Assembly: GCA_043799405.1 (NCBI GenBank)
Contig: JAZDNT010000002.1
Coordinates: 10,716-74,715, forward strand
Direction of reading: 5' to 3'
DNA length: 64,000 nt
DNA from: Candidatus Kerfeldbacteria bacterium
Lineage (GTDB): Bacteria > Patescibacteriota > Patescibacteriia > SBBC01
Shown here: piece by piece, positions 37,382-45,672 of the stretch
Layout: every line of letters begins with the position of its first letter
Position numbering within the stretch: position 1 is the first letter of the stretch
Translations under genes and position numbers: made by a program
Notes under the pieces: generated by a model
Databases searched by the model: none
Seen by the model: only the letters and a program-made list of their open reading frames with translations
What the model was told of the DNA's origin: nothing

Positions 37382-39130
37382 ATGATGCTTTCATATCAAA
37401 CCGGAGATACGTCCTATCGCGACCTTTGGAAGATCCTGGAGCGAAAGCGGTTCTTTTCCCGCGAACAGTTCAAGGAAGCGCTGCAGCGCGCAAAAGACGA
37501 GGACCGTCACCTGAACCACGTCCTGCTCGAGATCGGGAACGGATCAAAAGAAAAGCTGCTGGAGTCTCTTTCGGAATACTATGGCACGCCGACCGTCACA
37601 TTGCGGAAACGGGTGATTTCTCCGTTCGTTCTAAACCTCATTCCGAAGGAGATCGCGGAGCAGCATTCTGTCGTCTTGTTCAAGAAGACGAGGGACGCCA
37701 TCCACGTCGCAACGACCGCGCCTGACAACGCTCAGACGATCGATTTCATAAAGCGAAAGACGGGACTTACGCCGCAGGTGTTCATCACGACGCCGGAGGA
37801 TATCGATGAAGCCCTCCGGAGGTACAAGTCCGATCTCTCGACCGATTTTGCGCGGATCATCAAGGAGAGCACGCAGCAGGCGATGGCCGTGCACGACTCC
37901 GCGGAGAAAATGGCGCAGTACGTTCCTGTGATCACGATGGTGAATACCATCATCGAACGCGCGCTCTTGCAGCACGCATCCGACATCCACATCGAACCGC
38001 ACCGTGAAAAGATCTCGATACGGTTCCGAATCGACGGTTTGCTCGTGAAGATCGTTGAGCTGCCTTCTGAGTTGCTGCCCTCTCTCGTTACGCGGATAAA
38101 GCTCATCGCGAATTTGAAGATTGATGAGCACCGCCTTCCGCAGGACGGGCGTTTCAGCACGATGTTCGACGGCCGCGAGATCGCGATCCGCGTCGCGGTC
38201 ATACCGACGCTCAGCGGATCGAAGGTCGCCATGCGCCTTCTTGATTCGAACGAACGCCAATTCTCCCTAAAAACCCTCGGGCTCAGCGCAAACGACCTTC
38301 GCGCGATTCGTCAGGAAACGATGAAGCCTCACGGGATGATCCTCGTGACCGGTCCGACCGGTTCCGGAAAGACGACAACGCTGTATACGCTCTTGCGGAT
38401 GCTCCGGAAGGAATCGGTCAACATCTGTACGATCGAAGATCCTATCGAGTACGGCATTGAGGGGATCAGTCAGACGCAGGTGAACCCGAACGCGGGCCTC
38501 ACATTCGCGAACGGGCTACGGTCGCTCCTTCGGCAGGATCCGAACATCATCATGGTCGGCGAGATCCGTGATGCCGACACTGCGTCGATCGCCATCAATG
38601 CGGCGATGACCGGACACCTCGTACTGACGACGCTCCATACCAACAACGCCTTCCTTGCAATTCAGCGGCTCATTGAGATGGGCGTTGAACCGTTCCTCGC
38701 GTCGTCCGTTATCAACGTCGTGATCGGGCAGCGACTCGTGAGGCGGGTCTGCCGTTACTGCAAGGGGCGCGGCCGGCTGACGCAGAAGGTCGTTGACCTA
38801 TACCGCGCGGTTCTTGATATCGAACGAACCGTTCCAAAGCTTATACGCCTCGGTCTTCTCCCGAGTGATTTCGTTGTCGAGGGAGCGCCGATCGCACGCA
38901 ACAAGGGGTGTGCAAAGTGCAACAAGACCGGGTACCTCGGACGCGTCGGAATCTACGAGGTCATCAGGATCGACGAAGATATACACCACGTCATCATAAA
39001 GGATCCATCAGCAGAATCGATCCAACGCGCCGCGGAAAAGAAAGGGGTACTCACCATGATCGAGGACGGCATTCTCAAGGTACTCCGCGGGCAGACAACG
39101 ATCGAAGAAGTACTCCGTGTGGTAAAATAA
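37382..39130 (+). CDS. pilB: type IV pilus assembly ATPase PilB / GspE-family secretion ATPase
   Basis: 582 aa protein with an N-terminal GSPII_E_N-like domain. Walker A is GPTGSGKTTT. The tetracysteine motif is CRYC...CAKC. Asp and His boxes are present. Confidence 0.9.
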   Translation: MMLSYQTGDTSYRDLWKILERKRFFSREQFKEALQRAKDEDRHLNHVLLEIGNGSKEKLLESLSEYYGTPTVTLRKRVISPFVLNLIPKEIAEQHSVVLFKKTRDAIHVATTAPDNAQTIDFIKRKTGLTPQVFITTPEDIDEALRRYKSDLSTDFARIIKESTQQAMAVHDSAEKMAQYVPVITMVNTIIERALLQHASDIHIEPHREKISIRFRIDGLLVKIVELPSELLPSLVTRIKLIANLKIDEHRLPQDGRFSTMFDGREIAIRVAVIPTLSGSKVAMRLLDSNERQFSLKTLGLSANDLRAIRQETMKPHGMILVTGPTGSGKTTTLYTLLRMLRKESVNICTIEDPIEYGIEGISQTQVNPNAGLTFANGLRSLLRQDPNIIMVGEIRDADTASIAINAAMTGHLVLTTLHTNNAFLAIQRLIEMGVEPFLASSVINVVIGQRLVRRVCRYCKGRGRLTQKVVDLYRAVLDIERTVPKLIRLGLLPSDFVVEGAPIARNKGCAKCNKTGYLGRVGIYEVIRIDEDIHHVIIKDPSAESIQRAAEKKGVLTMIEDGILKVLRGQTTIEEVLRVVK

Positions 39131-39134
39131 CCCT

Positions 39135-40346
39135 ATGGCAACATTCACCTATACCGCGCTCGATGCAACGAACACCTTTGTAAAGGGGAGGATCGACGCT
39201 GGAAACGTAAGGGCTGCCGTCAAGCAGCTCGAGCGCGAGGGCTTCGTCATCGTCAATATCAAGAAGGAGAAGGGTAAGCGTTTCGGAGGGCGGTTCAATA
39301 TAGTCTTGAGCGGCATCAACGCCCAGGAAAAGATATTCTTCACGCGGAACCTCTTTACCATGCTCGAGTCGGGCATCTCACTCGACTATGCGATAAAGAC
39401 GACCGCCGAACAGACAACGAACGAGAAGTTCCGCGACATCCTGATGAACGTCCATGACCAGATCCAGAAGGGACAGCCGCTCCACGTCGCGCTCCTGCAG
39501 CACAGGGACGTGTTCAAGGATTACTATATCAACATGGTCAAGATCGGCGAGAAGAGCGGACGGCTCGACGACGTACTCTCGTACCTATTAGAGAAGCTCG
39601 AGAAGGACCAGGAGCTCCTTATGAAAGCGCGGGGCGCGATGATCTACCCGTGCATCATCCTCGCAGCGCTCGTCGTTATGGTGACCGGCATGCTTGTCTT
39701 CGTGATACCGAGGATCACGGACGTACTGAACCAGTACGACGTCACCCTGCCCCTCGCGACCCGCGTCTTGCTGTGGCTGAGCAATTTCATGATTCATTAC
39801 GGCGTGTACCTTCTCATTGTGGTCATCATCATGGCGTTCGTGCTGTACAAGGTGACGCGCAAAGGGCGTGCACAGTGGCAGTGGCACTCGTTCGTGCTCG
39901 CGTTCCCGAGGGTAAACACCGTCGTCAAGGAGTACAATCTCGCCCGTTTCGCGCGATCGACGAGCGCGCTCTTAAAGAGCGGCCTTGGCCTCGATCAGGC
40001 GCTCGATCTGACTGCCCGCGTCTCGTCAAACATTCTCTACGATAAAGCGGTCTCCGCTGCTATCAAGTTCGTGCAGCGCGGCATACCGCTCTCCGAGATC
40101 CTTAAAGGAAGCCCGAAGCTCTTTCCGCCGCTCGCGACGAGGATGGTCGAGGTCGGCGAGAAATCCGGAAAGCTTGACCACATGCTCTCGCGGCTCGCGG
40201 AGTACTATGAAAAGTCCGTAACGAACAGTCTTACGAACCTTTCCTCTATCATCGAGCCGGTCCTTCTTCTCCTGATCGGATTTTCAGTCGGTTTCGTTGC
40301 GATATCCGTTTTAACACCGATCTGGAGTTTTTCGAAAACTATATGA
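39135..40346 (+). CDS. pilC: type IV pilus inner-membrane platform protein PilC / GspF family
   Basis: 403 aa protein with two repeated GspF domains and three TM segments. It lies immediately downstream of pilB. Confidence 0.9.
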   Translation: MATFTYTALDATNTFVKGRIDAGNVRAAVKQLEREGFVIVNIKKEKGKRFGGRFNIVLSGINAQEKIFFTRNLFTMLESGISLDYAIKTTAEQTTNEKFRDILMNVHDQIQKGQPLHVALLQHRDVFKDYYINMVKIGEKSGRLDDVLSYLLEKLEKDQELLMKARGAMIYPCIILAALVVMVTGMLVFVIPRITDVLNQYDVTLPLATRVLLWLSNFMIHYGVYLLIVVIIMAFVLYKVTRKGRAQWQWHSFVLAFPRVNTVVKEYNLARFARSTSALLKSGLGLDQALDLTARVSSNILYDKAVSAAIKFVQRGIPLSEILKGSPKLFPPLATRMVEVGEKSGKLDHMLSRLAEYYEKSVTNSLTNLSSIIEPVLLLLIGFSVGFVAISVLTPIWSFSKTI

Positions 40347-40864
40347 CCCAGCAGAAAAAACTTAAAAGTGGTGCTGGGTTAACCCTCATTGAACTGATGA
40401 CCGTGCTCGGTATGATCGCGCTCGTCGCGGCGATTACCGCACCCTCGTTCGCGTCGATTAAAAGCGGCATCGGCCTTAACAACACGGCGCAGGAGGTCGT
40501 GAGTGCGCTCCGCGTTGCGCAGAACAAGGCTATTTCATCGCAGCGACCTTCTGTAAACGCCGCTGACCTGATCGGCTATAATTACGGCGTTCATTTTGTA
40601 CAAAATGAAAATAAGTATACGCTTTTTTACGGTGACAACTTCGACCCGTCTGCGACCAGTAATGAAGAGCATCAACTGCTCGGCGATACGAAGGTCTGTG
40701 CAACCACAGACGCAAGATTTCATCGACTCGAAGGGGTTCCTGTGCAGGCCGACGGCACTACCCCGATCGTCGCAGCAGCATCTATTACGGTTGGTATCGA
40801 TTGTGGTGGCTCAACTACAAAGACGATAAAGGTTGAACCATCAGGGACGATCCAGCTCCTGTAA
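40343..40864 (+). CDS. type IV pilin / pseudopilin (prepilin-type N-terminal methylation motif)
   Basis: ...GAGLTLIELMTVLGMIALVAAI has the G-FTLIE-like class III signal peptide with Glu+5. It overlaps the pilC stop (ATGA). Confidence 0.7.
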   Translation: MTQQKKLKSGAGLTLIELMTVLGMIALVAAITAPSFASIKSGIGLNNTAQEVVSALRVAQNKAISSQRPSVNAADLIGYNYGVHFVQNENKYTLFYGDNFDPSATSNEEHQLLGDTKVCATTDARFHRLEGVPVQADGTTPIVAAASITVGIDCGGSTTKTIKVEPSGTIQLL

Positions 40865-40878
40865 CTAACGATACGACG

Positions 40879-41439
40879 GTGGCGAAACTTACACGAAACC
40901 AGCGCGGCGTTAGCGTCATCGAGGTTCTGATAGCCCTCGGTATGGGCGCTATCATCATTGCGAGTGTCGGCAATGTTTTGCTGTCCGTGAAACGCATCAG
41001 CGCCGAGAGCACTCATAAGGAAAAAGCGGTTGCGTATGCGAAGCAAGAAATTGAACGCCTACAGGCGTCCGTTAATTCGTTAGTAAATAATCCATTCAGC
41101 TGTTCAGTTGTTGCGCCGGCGACCAGCTGCAGCAACGGCAGTCCTGATCCCTGCACACCTTTGCAAGGCTACTCTAGTTGTTGGTCGAAGTATCCAAAAA
41201 ATAGTTCAAGCAATGGGCCGTGGTATATCGATGACGTGTTAACGTGGCACAGCGGCACGGAGACATTCGGCGACTATTCCCGATCGATACAAATTACCAA
41301 TACCGATCCAGATTGCACCGTCGTCTCACCCATCCGATGCAATGTTAAAAAGGTAGTCAGTACGGTTTCGTGGGTTGAGCGAGGTCAAAACAAGAGCATA
41401 ACTCTCACTTCGATTCTATCGGCGTGGAAAAACCAATGA
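40879..41439 (+). CDS. prepilin-like minor pilin
   Basis: RGVSVIEVLIALGMGAIIIAS is a pilin-type N-terminal helix with Glu+5. Confidence 0.6.
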   Translation: MAKLTRNQRGVSVIEVLIALGMGAIIIASVGNVLLSVKRISAESTHKEKAVAYAKQEIERLQASVNSLVNNPFSCSVVAPATSCSNGSPDPCTPLQGYSSCWSKYPKNSSSNGPWYIDDVLTWHSGTETFGDYSRSIQITNTDPDCTVVSPIRCNVKKVVSTVSWVERGQNKSITLTSILSAWKNQ

Positions 41440-41939
41440 GACGGCAACGCGGTTTCACTATGATCGAGCTCATCGTGTACCTTGGTATCGCGTCAATCGC
41501 GCTGCTCGTGTTTTTCGGGTTTGCTTCTAACGTAATGCAAAGCGCTGCACGCGCAAAGACCGCTTCCGATGTTCAGGAGAATGCGCGCGTAATAATGTCC
41601 CGAATAACGCATGATATTCGAACTACGGACACCGCGACTGTTTCAGGAAGTAAGTTGGAGCTCACGAAAGCGACTGGCGGTATACCGACAAAGACATGCT
41701 ATGGTCTTGACCTTCTCAATCCCGACGTCGCATTGTATGGCACCTGTGGAACTGTCGGATGTGTTTGCACGGCCAGCACGGCTATTTCTGACAAAACTGT
41801 GAAAGTAACAACGCTTTCCTTCAGTCAAGCCGCGCCGCAGATTATAGTTAACATATCAGTCGAACCTCGCGTTGCCGGTACTGCCGATCCAGTCACCCTT
41901 TCAACTACAGTAGTGCCACGGAGCGAAATTTTTAAATGA
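41424..41939 (+). CDS. prepilin-like minor pilin
   Basis: QRGFTMIELIVYLGIASIALLV is a G-FTxIE prepilin motif. Confidence 0.65.
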   Translation: MEKPMRRQRGFTMIELIVYLGIASIALLVFFGFASNVMQSAARAKTASDVQENARVIMSRITHDIRTTDTATVSGSKLELTKATGGIPTKTCYGLDLLNPDVALYGTCGTVGCVCTASTAISDKTVKVTTLSFSQAAPQIIVNISVEPRVAGTADPVTLSTTVVPRSEIFK

Positions 41940-43330
41940 CAAAGCATCACAACATCGCGCGAAACGATCGGGGCGTCATCGCAATCATGACGATCCTCTG
42001 GGTGTCGATACTCTCTCTCGCTGTGCTCGCGACCGTAACATTGGTCGCCTCGGCCGGGATGCAGATGACCGGCTCGGCGTATGCATCAGAACGGACGTTC
42101 AATGCGGCCGAAGCGGGATTAAATGACGTGATGTATAAAGCGGCCGTCAGTGGTACACCTAGCGATCAGCTCGGAATGGATGTTAACGGCATTACAGTTG
42201 ACGTTCGCGTTGATCATGATCCCGCAGAACCTATCCCCTGGAGATTACGATCAACTGCGACTGACCCGGTAACGAGAAGTACCAGGACGCTTGAGATAAA
42301 GATGTACCTTTCAAGTTTTGGCGGTTTTGGTGGGGCAGTATTGACCGGAAACGGTGGATTTAAAATTGACAATAGCGGTTTAGTAACTGGTAACGTCTGC
42401 GCCAACGGAAATATTGAAGGTTGGAACACTGGGAAAATCAGAGGAGACGTTCGGGTAGCCGGCTACACGCCAGAGGGTTGTACTCCTGGAAACCCCGGAT
42501 GTTTTCCAAATTACGCCTCGCATCTATGGGTAGCGAAAGATGCCGGCCAAAAAGGTAATCTTCGGGCATATACAATACAAAATAGTTCTAAAATCGAGGG
42601 TCAAGCGACTTACACGTCAATCGATGCTGGTTCGACTGTGGGCGGGGCCTTTTGTCCAAATGCTAATTGCATTCAGACCAGTGATCCCGTCGAAGAATGT
42701 AAGTTCCCGCCGATTCAAGCTTATTACACTGATAAGACCGATAGTCGTTCATGGTATCAAGAGGCTTTAGCTGGAGGATCAAATTGTCCGGTAGGCACCC
42801 CCTGTGATCTTCATGTGAGTAAAACTGATCCTCCAACAAAGCTGGGCCCGAAAGTCATCACAGGGAATCTTATTCTTGACGATGCAAATACTGTTTTACA
42901 ATTACAAGGAACGGTTTGGGTCATTGGGAATATCGACTTTAAAAAACCGGGTAGTGAAATTACTCTCGATCCGTCAATATACGGATCGCTTTCAGGCGCC
43001 ATTGTCAGTGAAAAAGATATGGCAATTAAAAATGGTGGAATTTTTTCAGGGAGTTTGGCTCACCCTCAAAGCTACTTAGTTGCTACATCTTTATCCATAA
43101 GTAATACTGATGCAATCGTGCCAGCCCAAACTTCAACATCAGTAGTCTATTATGCCCCTAATGGAACAATTCACTTAAAAAATAATGTCACGCTAAATAA
43201 TGCCACGGGTAAAAGAATTTGGCTGGAAAATGGAACAGCAACGTATGATGAGAAACTGAATAATTTAATTCTTTCAGGTAGTACCAGCCTCATTACCACC
43301 CCGAAACCAGGCACCTGGCACGAACTCTAA
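41936..43330 (+). CDS. PilX-like minor pilin / pilus assembly protein
   Basis: 464 aa protein. NDRGVIAIMTILWVSILSLAVLATVTLVASAGMQM...AAEAGLNDVMY matches the PilX N-terminal signature. Confidence 0.6.
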   Translation: MTKHHNIARNDRGVIAIMTILWVSILSLAVLATVTLVASAGMQMTGSAYASERTFNAAEAGLNDVMYKAAVSGTPSDQLGMDVNGITVDVRVDHDPAEPIPWRLRSTATDPVTRSTRTLEIKMYLSSFGGFGGAVLTGNGGFKIDNSGLVTGNVCANGNIEGWNTGKIRGDVRVAGYTPEGCTPGNPGCFPNYASHLWVAKDAGQKGNLRAYTIQNSSKIEGQATYTSIDAGSTVGGAFCPNANCIQTSDPVEECKFPPIQAYYTDKTDSRSWYQEALAGGSNCPVGTPCDLHVSKTDPPTKLGPKVITGNLILDDANTVLQLQGTVWVIGNIDFKKPGSEITLDPSIYGSLSGAIVSEKDMAIKNGGIFSGSLAHPQSYLVATSLSISNTDAIVPAQTSTSVVYYAPNGTIHLKNNVTLNNATGKRIWLENGTATYDEKLNNLILSGSTSLITTPKPGTWHEL

Positions 43331-43419
43331 ATCCTTGACAGTATTTTCAGTGGTAGTGTAGGATACTAATCCACGCGTTTTTTGCGTGCTCGTTAAGAAA
43401 ACGAATCGGTCCTGTCCCT

Positions 43420-43735
43420 TAGCTTAGGCTCCCAGCCAGAGCAGGGAGGCATTCCATGCCGTCGGGTTTGCATGAGGCTCAGAGAATCACCCGAGGGCTC
43501 GCCGCGCTTTTAGTGGCAGAATGTTCCCGGACTCGGCACATGGGCCAGTCCGGCAGGACCGTAATACTGCGCACGTAGCTCCCGCCTACCCCCGGACTAC
43601 GATCCGGGGTTCGTCGGGCAAGCAGCTGGTAAGAGCACCCCGTACCAGGCGTATGCTTCGGTGCGGGCAAGCCGCGGGTTTCACCCTGCGGGTGACCACC
43701 TGCAGGCAGAATGTTGGAACAGCAGTTGAATCGTT
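43420..43735 (+). ncRNA. structured non-coding region of unknown identity (candidate large ncRNA or processed leader) upstream of the tRNA pair
   Basis: There is no credible ORF (track ORFs here overlap tRNAs). A TTGACA-18-TAGGAT promoter-like motif lies at 43334-43363. The region has many GC-rich hairpins and repeated motifs (GCAGAATGTT x2, CACGTAGCTCCCGCCT repeated at 43571 and 43927). Confidence 0.25.
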
Positions 43736-43739
43736 CGGA

Positions 43740-43817
43740 GCGGGCGTAGCTCAGCTTGTGTAGAGCGCCTGATAGGGCATCAGGAGGCCGAGGGTTCAAC
43801 TCCCTTCGTCCCGCTCC
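43740..43817 (+). tRNA. atypical tRNA-like gene (cloverleaf with GGG anticodon, i.e. Pro-like; bulged U in acceptor 3' strand, A at position 33, no CCA)
   Basis: GCGGGCG-TA-GCTC-AGCTTGTGTA-GAGC-G-CCTGA-TAGGGCA-TCAGG-AGGCC-GAGGG-TTCAACT-CCCTT-CG(T)CCCGC-T. Possibly a divergent or pseudo tRNA. Confidence 0.45.
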
Positions 43818-43832
43818 GAGAGCTCATTGAAA

Positions 43833-43909
43833 GTGAGAGTAGCTCAGCCTGGTAGAGCGTCGGAACCATAATCCGATGGTCGCAGGTTCGAATCCTGCCT
43901 CTCACACCA
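43833..43909 (+). tRNA. tRNA-Met (anticodon CAT; elongator-type or Ile-lysidine type), CCA encoded
   Basis: GTGAGAG-TA-GCTC-AGCCTGGTA-GAGC-G-TCGGA-ACCATAA-TCCGA-TGGTC-GCAGG-TTCGAAT-CCTGC-CTCTCAC-A-CCA. The 1:72 pair is G:C and there is no GGG/CCC run in the anticodon stem, so it is not an initiator. Confidence 0.85.
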
Positions 43910-44418
43910 CGCTTTCGTAGAGAGCCCACGTAGCTCCCGCCTGCGCAGAGCTTCGGCGGGCAGGCAGTCCGGTAGAGCGTCTCGCTCCAATCGTACGACG
44001 AAGAACCCCGCCACCGGCTGTGGTGTCCAACATCGGTTGTTCCGAGCTTCCGCAATGTTGGATCTACTGCAGTCCGGGGGCGGGTTATCAGTAAGTCCGG
44101 AAAGGACTTGACAATTCCGATGGGTACGTATATATTGACCCATCAAGCTCGTTACGCAACCGCAGTTCGTTACCAGGTTCCGGATGTAGCACATGTGCTG
44201 AATCCGAACATTGTTGGTACGCACGTACCAGCTAAAAGTTCCCGATTCAACAGTGCGAATCCGAAACTCAGTGAGCACAATCCATCGTGCCCACGCAACC
44301 TATCAAGCTTCACCCCAGTTTCAGGAGACACCGAAGTAAGTAGGTTGTTTTCTTTATATGAGGATATGGCATATGCTTCGATTTTTTGGTACTATGTTCG
44401 TGAAAGGAGAATGCTCCT

Positions 44419-44664
44419 ATGGAACAGAAACGTGATATCCACGGTCACGTCGTCTACGGCGAAGACGACGCCCATGACGGGATGAACTACCTCGACTACG
44501 ACCTTCAGCAGCCGGAAGCGGAGGTTTTCTTTAAGCAGGCGAAGCTCAAGGGCGCAGCAGAGTTCGAGGACGACCACGAACGGCAGTTCACGCTCGCGTA
44601 CGACCGCGGCAGGGGCGTCTACCGCGTCGAGCGGCGCGCGAGCGGGGGAGGGGGGTGGTTCTAG
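44419..44664 (+). CDS. small acidic hypothetical protein (81 aa)
   Basis: A GGAGA RBS precedes the ATG. The protein is MEQKRDIHGHVVYGEDDAHDGMNYLDYDLQQPEAEVFFKQAKLKG... and ends GGGGWF. The competing long minus-strand ORF 44392..44967 was rejected. Confidence 0.4.
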   Translation: MEQKRDIHGHVVYGEDDAHDGMNYLDYDLQQPEAEVFFKQAKLKGAAEFEDDHERQFTLAYDRGRGVYRVERRASGGGGWF

Positions 44665-44665
44665 T

Positions 44666-45073
44666 ATGAAGTACCTATCGATTGCATTTATTGTCGTTGC
44701 TCTTGGGCTTCTCGGATTCTCGTGCAAGAACAGCGTTGTGTCGGTGAACGTGAACGTGAACGCTGCCGCAAAGACCGTAACGAATACGGTCAATGCGGTT
44801 AACTCGCCCGGCGTGAAGGGCGCGATAACCAAGAATGCCGCTATCGCCCAGGCGAAAGCCGTGTTCATCGCGCAGGAAGGGCAGGGCGTCGACTTCACGG
44901 AAGGTCCGTGTCTAACCAACAGCCTGCTGTCCGATTGGGTCGCGGACGTTGCACACAATCCGCGCACATCAGTCGATGATCTTGCCGAGAATCAGTGCAG
45001 CGCGTACCGTAACGGCACAGCGCACCACTTCGTCGAGCTCGATCCTGAAGGACAGTTGATACGGGCCGAGTAA
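44666..45073 (+). CDS. small lipoprotein (135 aa)
   Basis: A GGAGGGGGG RBS is present. MKYLSIAFIVVALGLLGFSCKN is a signal peptide with lipobox Cys. It follows a repetitive VNVNVNAAAKTVTNTVNAVN segment. Confidence 0.55.
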   Translation: MKYLSIAFIVVALGLLGFSCKNSVVSVNVNVNAAAKTVTNTVNAVNSPGVKGAITKNAAIAQAKAVFIAQEGQGVDFTEGPCLTNSLLSDWVADVAHNPRTSVDDLAENQCSAYRNGTAHHFVELDPEGQLIRAE

Positions 45074-45075
45074 AA

Positions 45076-45414
45076 ATGGGAAGAACGAAAGCTCCGCGGG
45101 GTCGATTGCTCGATGTGTTCGTAACATTCTCCTCGCGTACGCAAGCTGATCGTGCGGCGAACAGTGCTGTCCGTGAAGGACTTGCAGCATGCGTCAATAT
45201 ATGGCCGATTCGTTCGGCCTTCTTGTGGAAGGGAAGAATAGTGAAAGGTAATGAGGTTGCAGCGCTTTTTAAAACGTCAGCGCAGCGCTACGCAGCGCTC
45301 GAGAAACGCATTCGAGCATTGCACAGCGATAAAATTCCTTGTATCATAGCGTGGCCCGCTGCCAGGGGGTACGTAAAGTACCTCCGGTGGGTTCAGGAAA
45401 ACACCCATGCCTAG
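45076..45414 (+). CDS. cutA: divalent-cation tolerance protein CutA1
   Basis: ...LAACVNIWPIRSAFLWKGRIVKGNEVAALFKTSAQRYAALEKRIRALHSDKIPCIIAWP...YLRWVQENT aligns with the CutA1 family consensus (LAACVNI-P-I-S-Y-WKG-I...E..LL-KT). Confidence 0.8.
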   Translation: MGRTKAPRGRLLDVFVTFSSRTQADRAANSAVREGLAACVNIWPIRSAFLWKGRIVKGNEVAALFKTSAQRYAALEKRIRALHSDKIPCIIAWPAARGYVKYLRWVQENTHA

Positions 45415-45661
45415 GATCAAGAAGGATTTAAAAACGCTCACCATGGTGAACATTCACCAGGTAAACGGTGATTTCTACGCCGTTGAGTTCCTGAAGAATG
45501 CGGATTTCCGCTGGGTCGAAAGCCTGTTCCTCCGCGCGAAGCAGCTCGGTAAATCAGAGTTCGACTACCACGGGCAGATGTATCAGCTGATAAAGAACCG
45601 AAACCTTACGTACTCAGTCGAGCAGATTCCCGAGAAGATCATGTACGTCGAAAGTCTATAG
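45407..45661 (+). CDS. hypothetical small protein (84 aa)
   Basis: It overlaps the cutA stop by 8 nt. No recognisable motif. Confidence 0.4.
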   Translation: MPRIKKDLKTLTMVNIHQVNGDFYAVEFLKNADFRWVESLFLRAKQLGKSEFDYHGQMYQLIKNRNLTYSVEQIPEKIMYVESL

Positions 45662-45672
45662 CCATAACGATC

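Noticed and set aside
43420-43735. Calling the structured region upstream of the tRNAs an RNase P RNA
   Set aside because: GGTAAGAGCAC (a CR-IV-like motif) is on the plus strand while the GGGTGAAAC-like motif is on the minus strand. P4-forming segments are not in canonical order, so a canonical bacterial RNase P cannot be supported by eye.
43738-43817. Interpreting the atypical tRNA-like gene as the tRNA-like domain of tmRNA
   Set aside because: It has a complete anticodon arm and a ~78-nt cloverleaf, whereas tmRNA replaces the anticodon arm with a large domain. No tag-peptide reading frame ending in ...AA-stop was found nearby.
44085-44108. GUCCGGAAAGGACUUG resembling the SRP RNA domain IV GGAA tetraloop region
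   Set aside because: It forms a simple local AGTCC-GGAAA-GGACT hairpin overlapping a TTGACA -35-like hexamer. The flanking symmetric-loop sequences of 4.5S RNA are absent.
44392-44967. 191-aa minus-strand ORF
   Set aside because: It overlaps two plus-strand small genes that have good RBS, a signal peptide and a lipobox. Its translation is low-complexity without start context.
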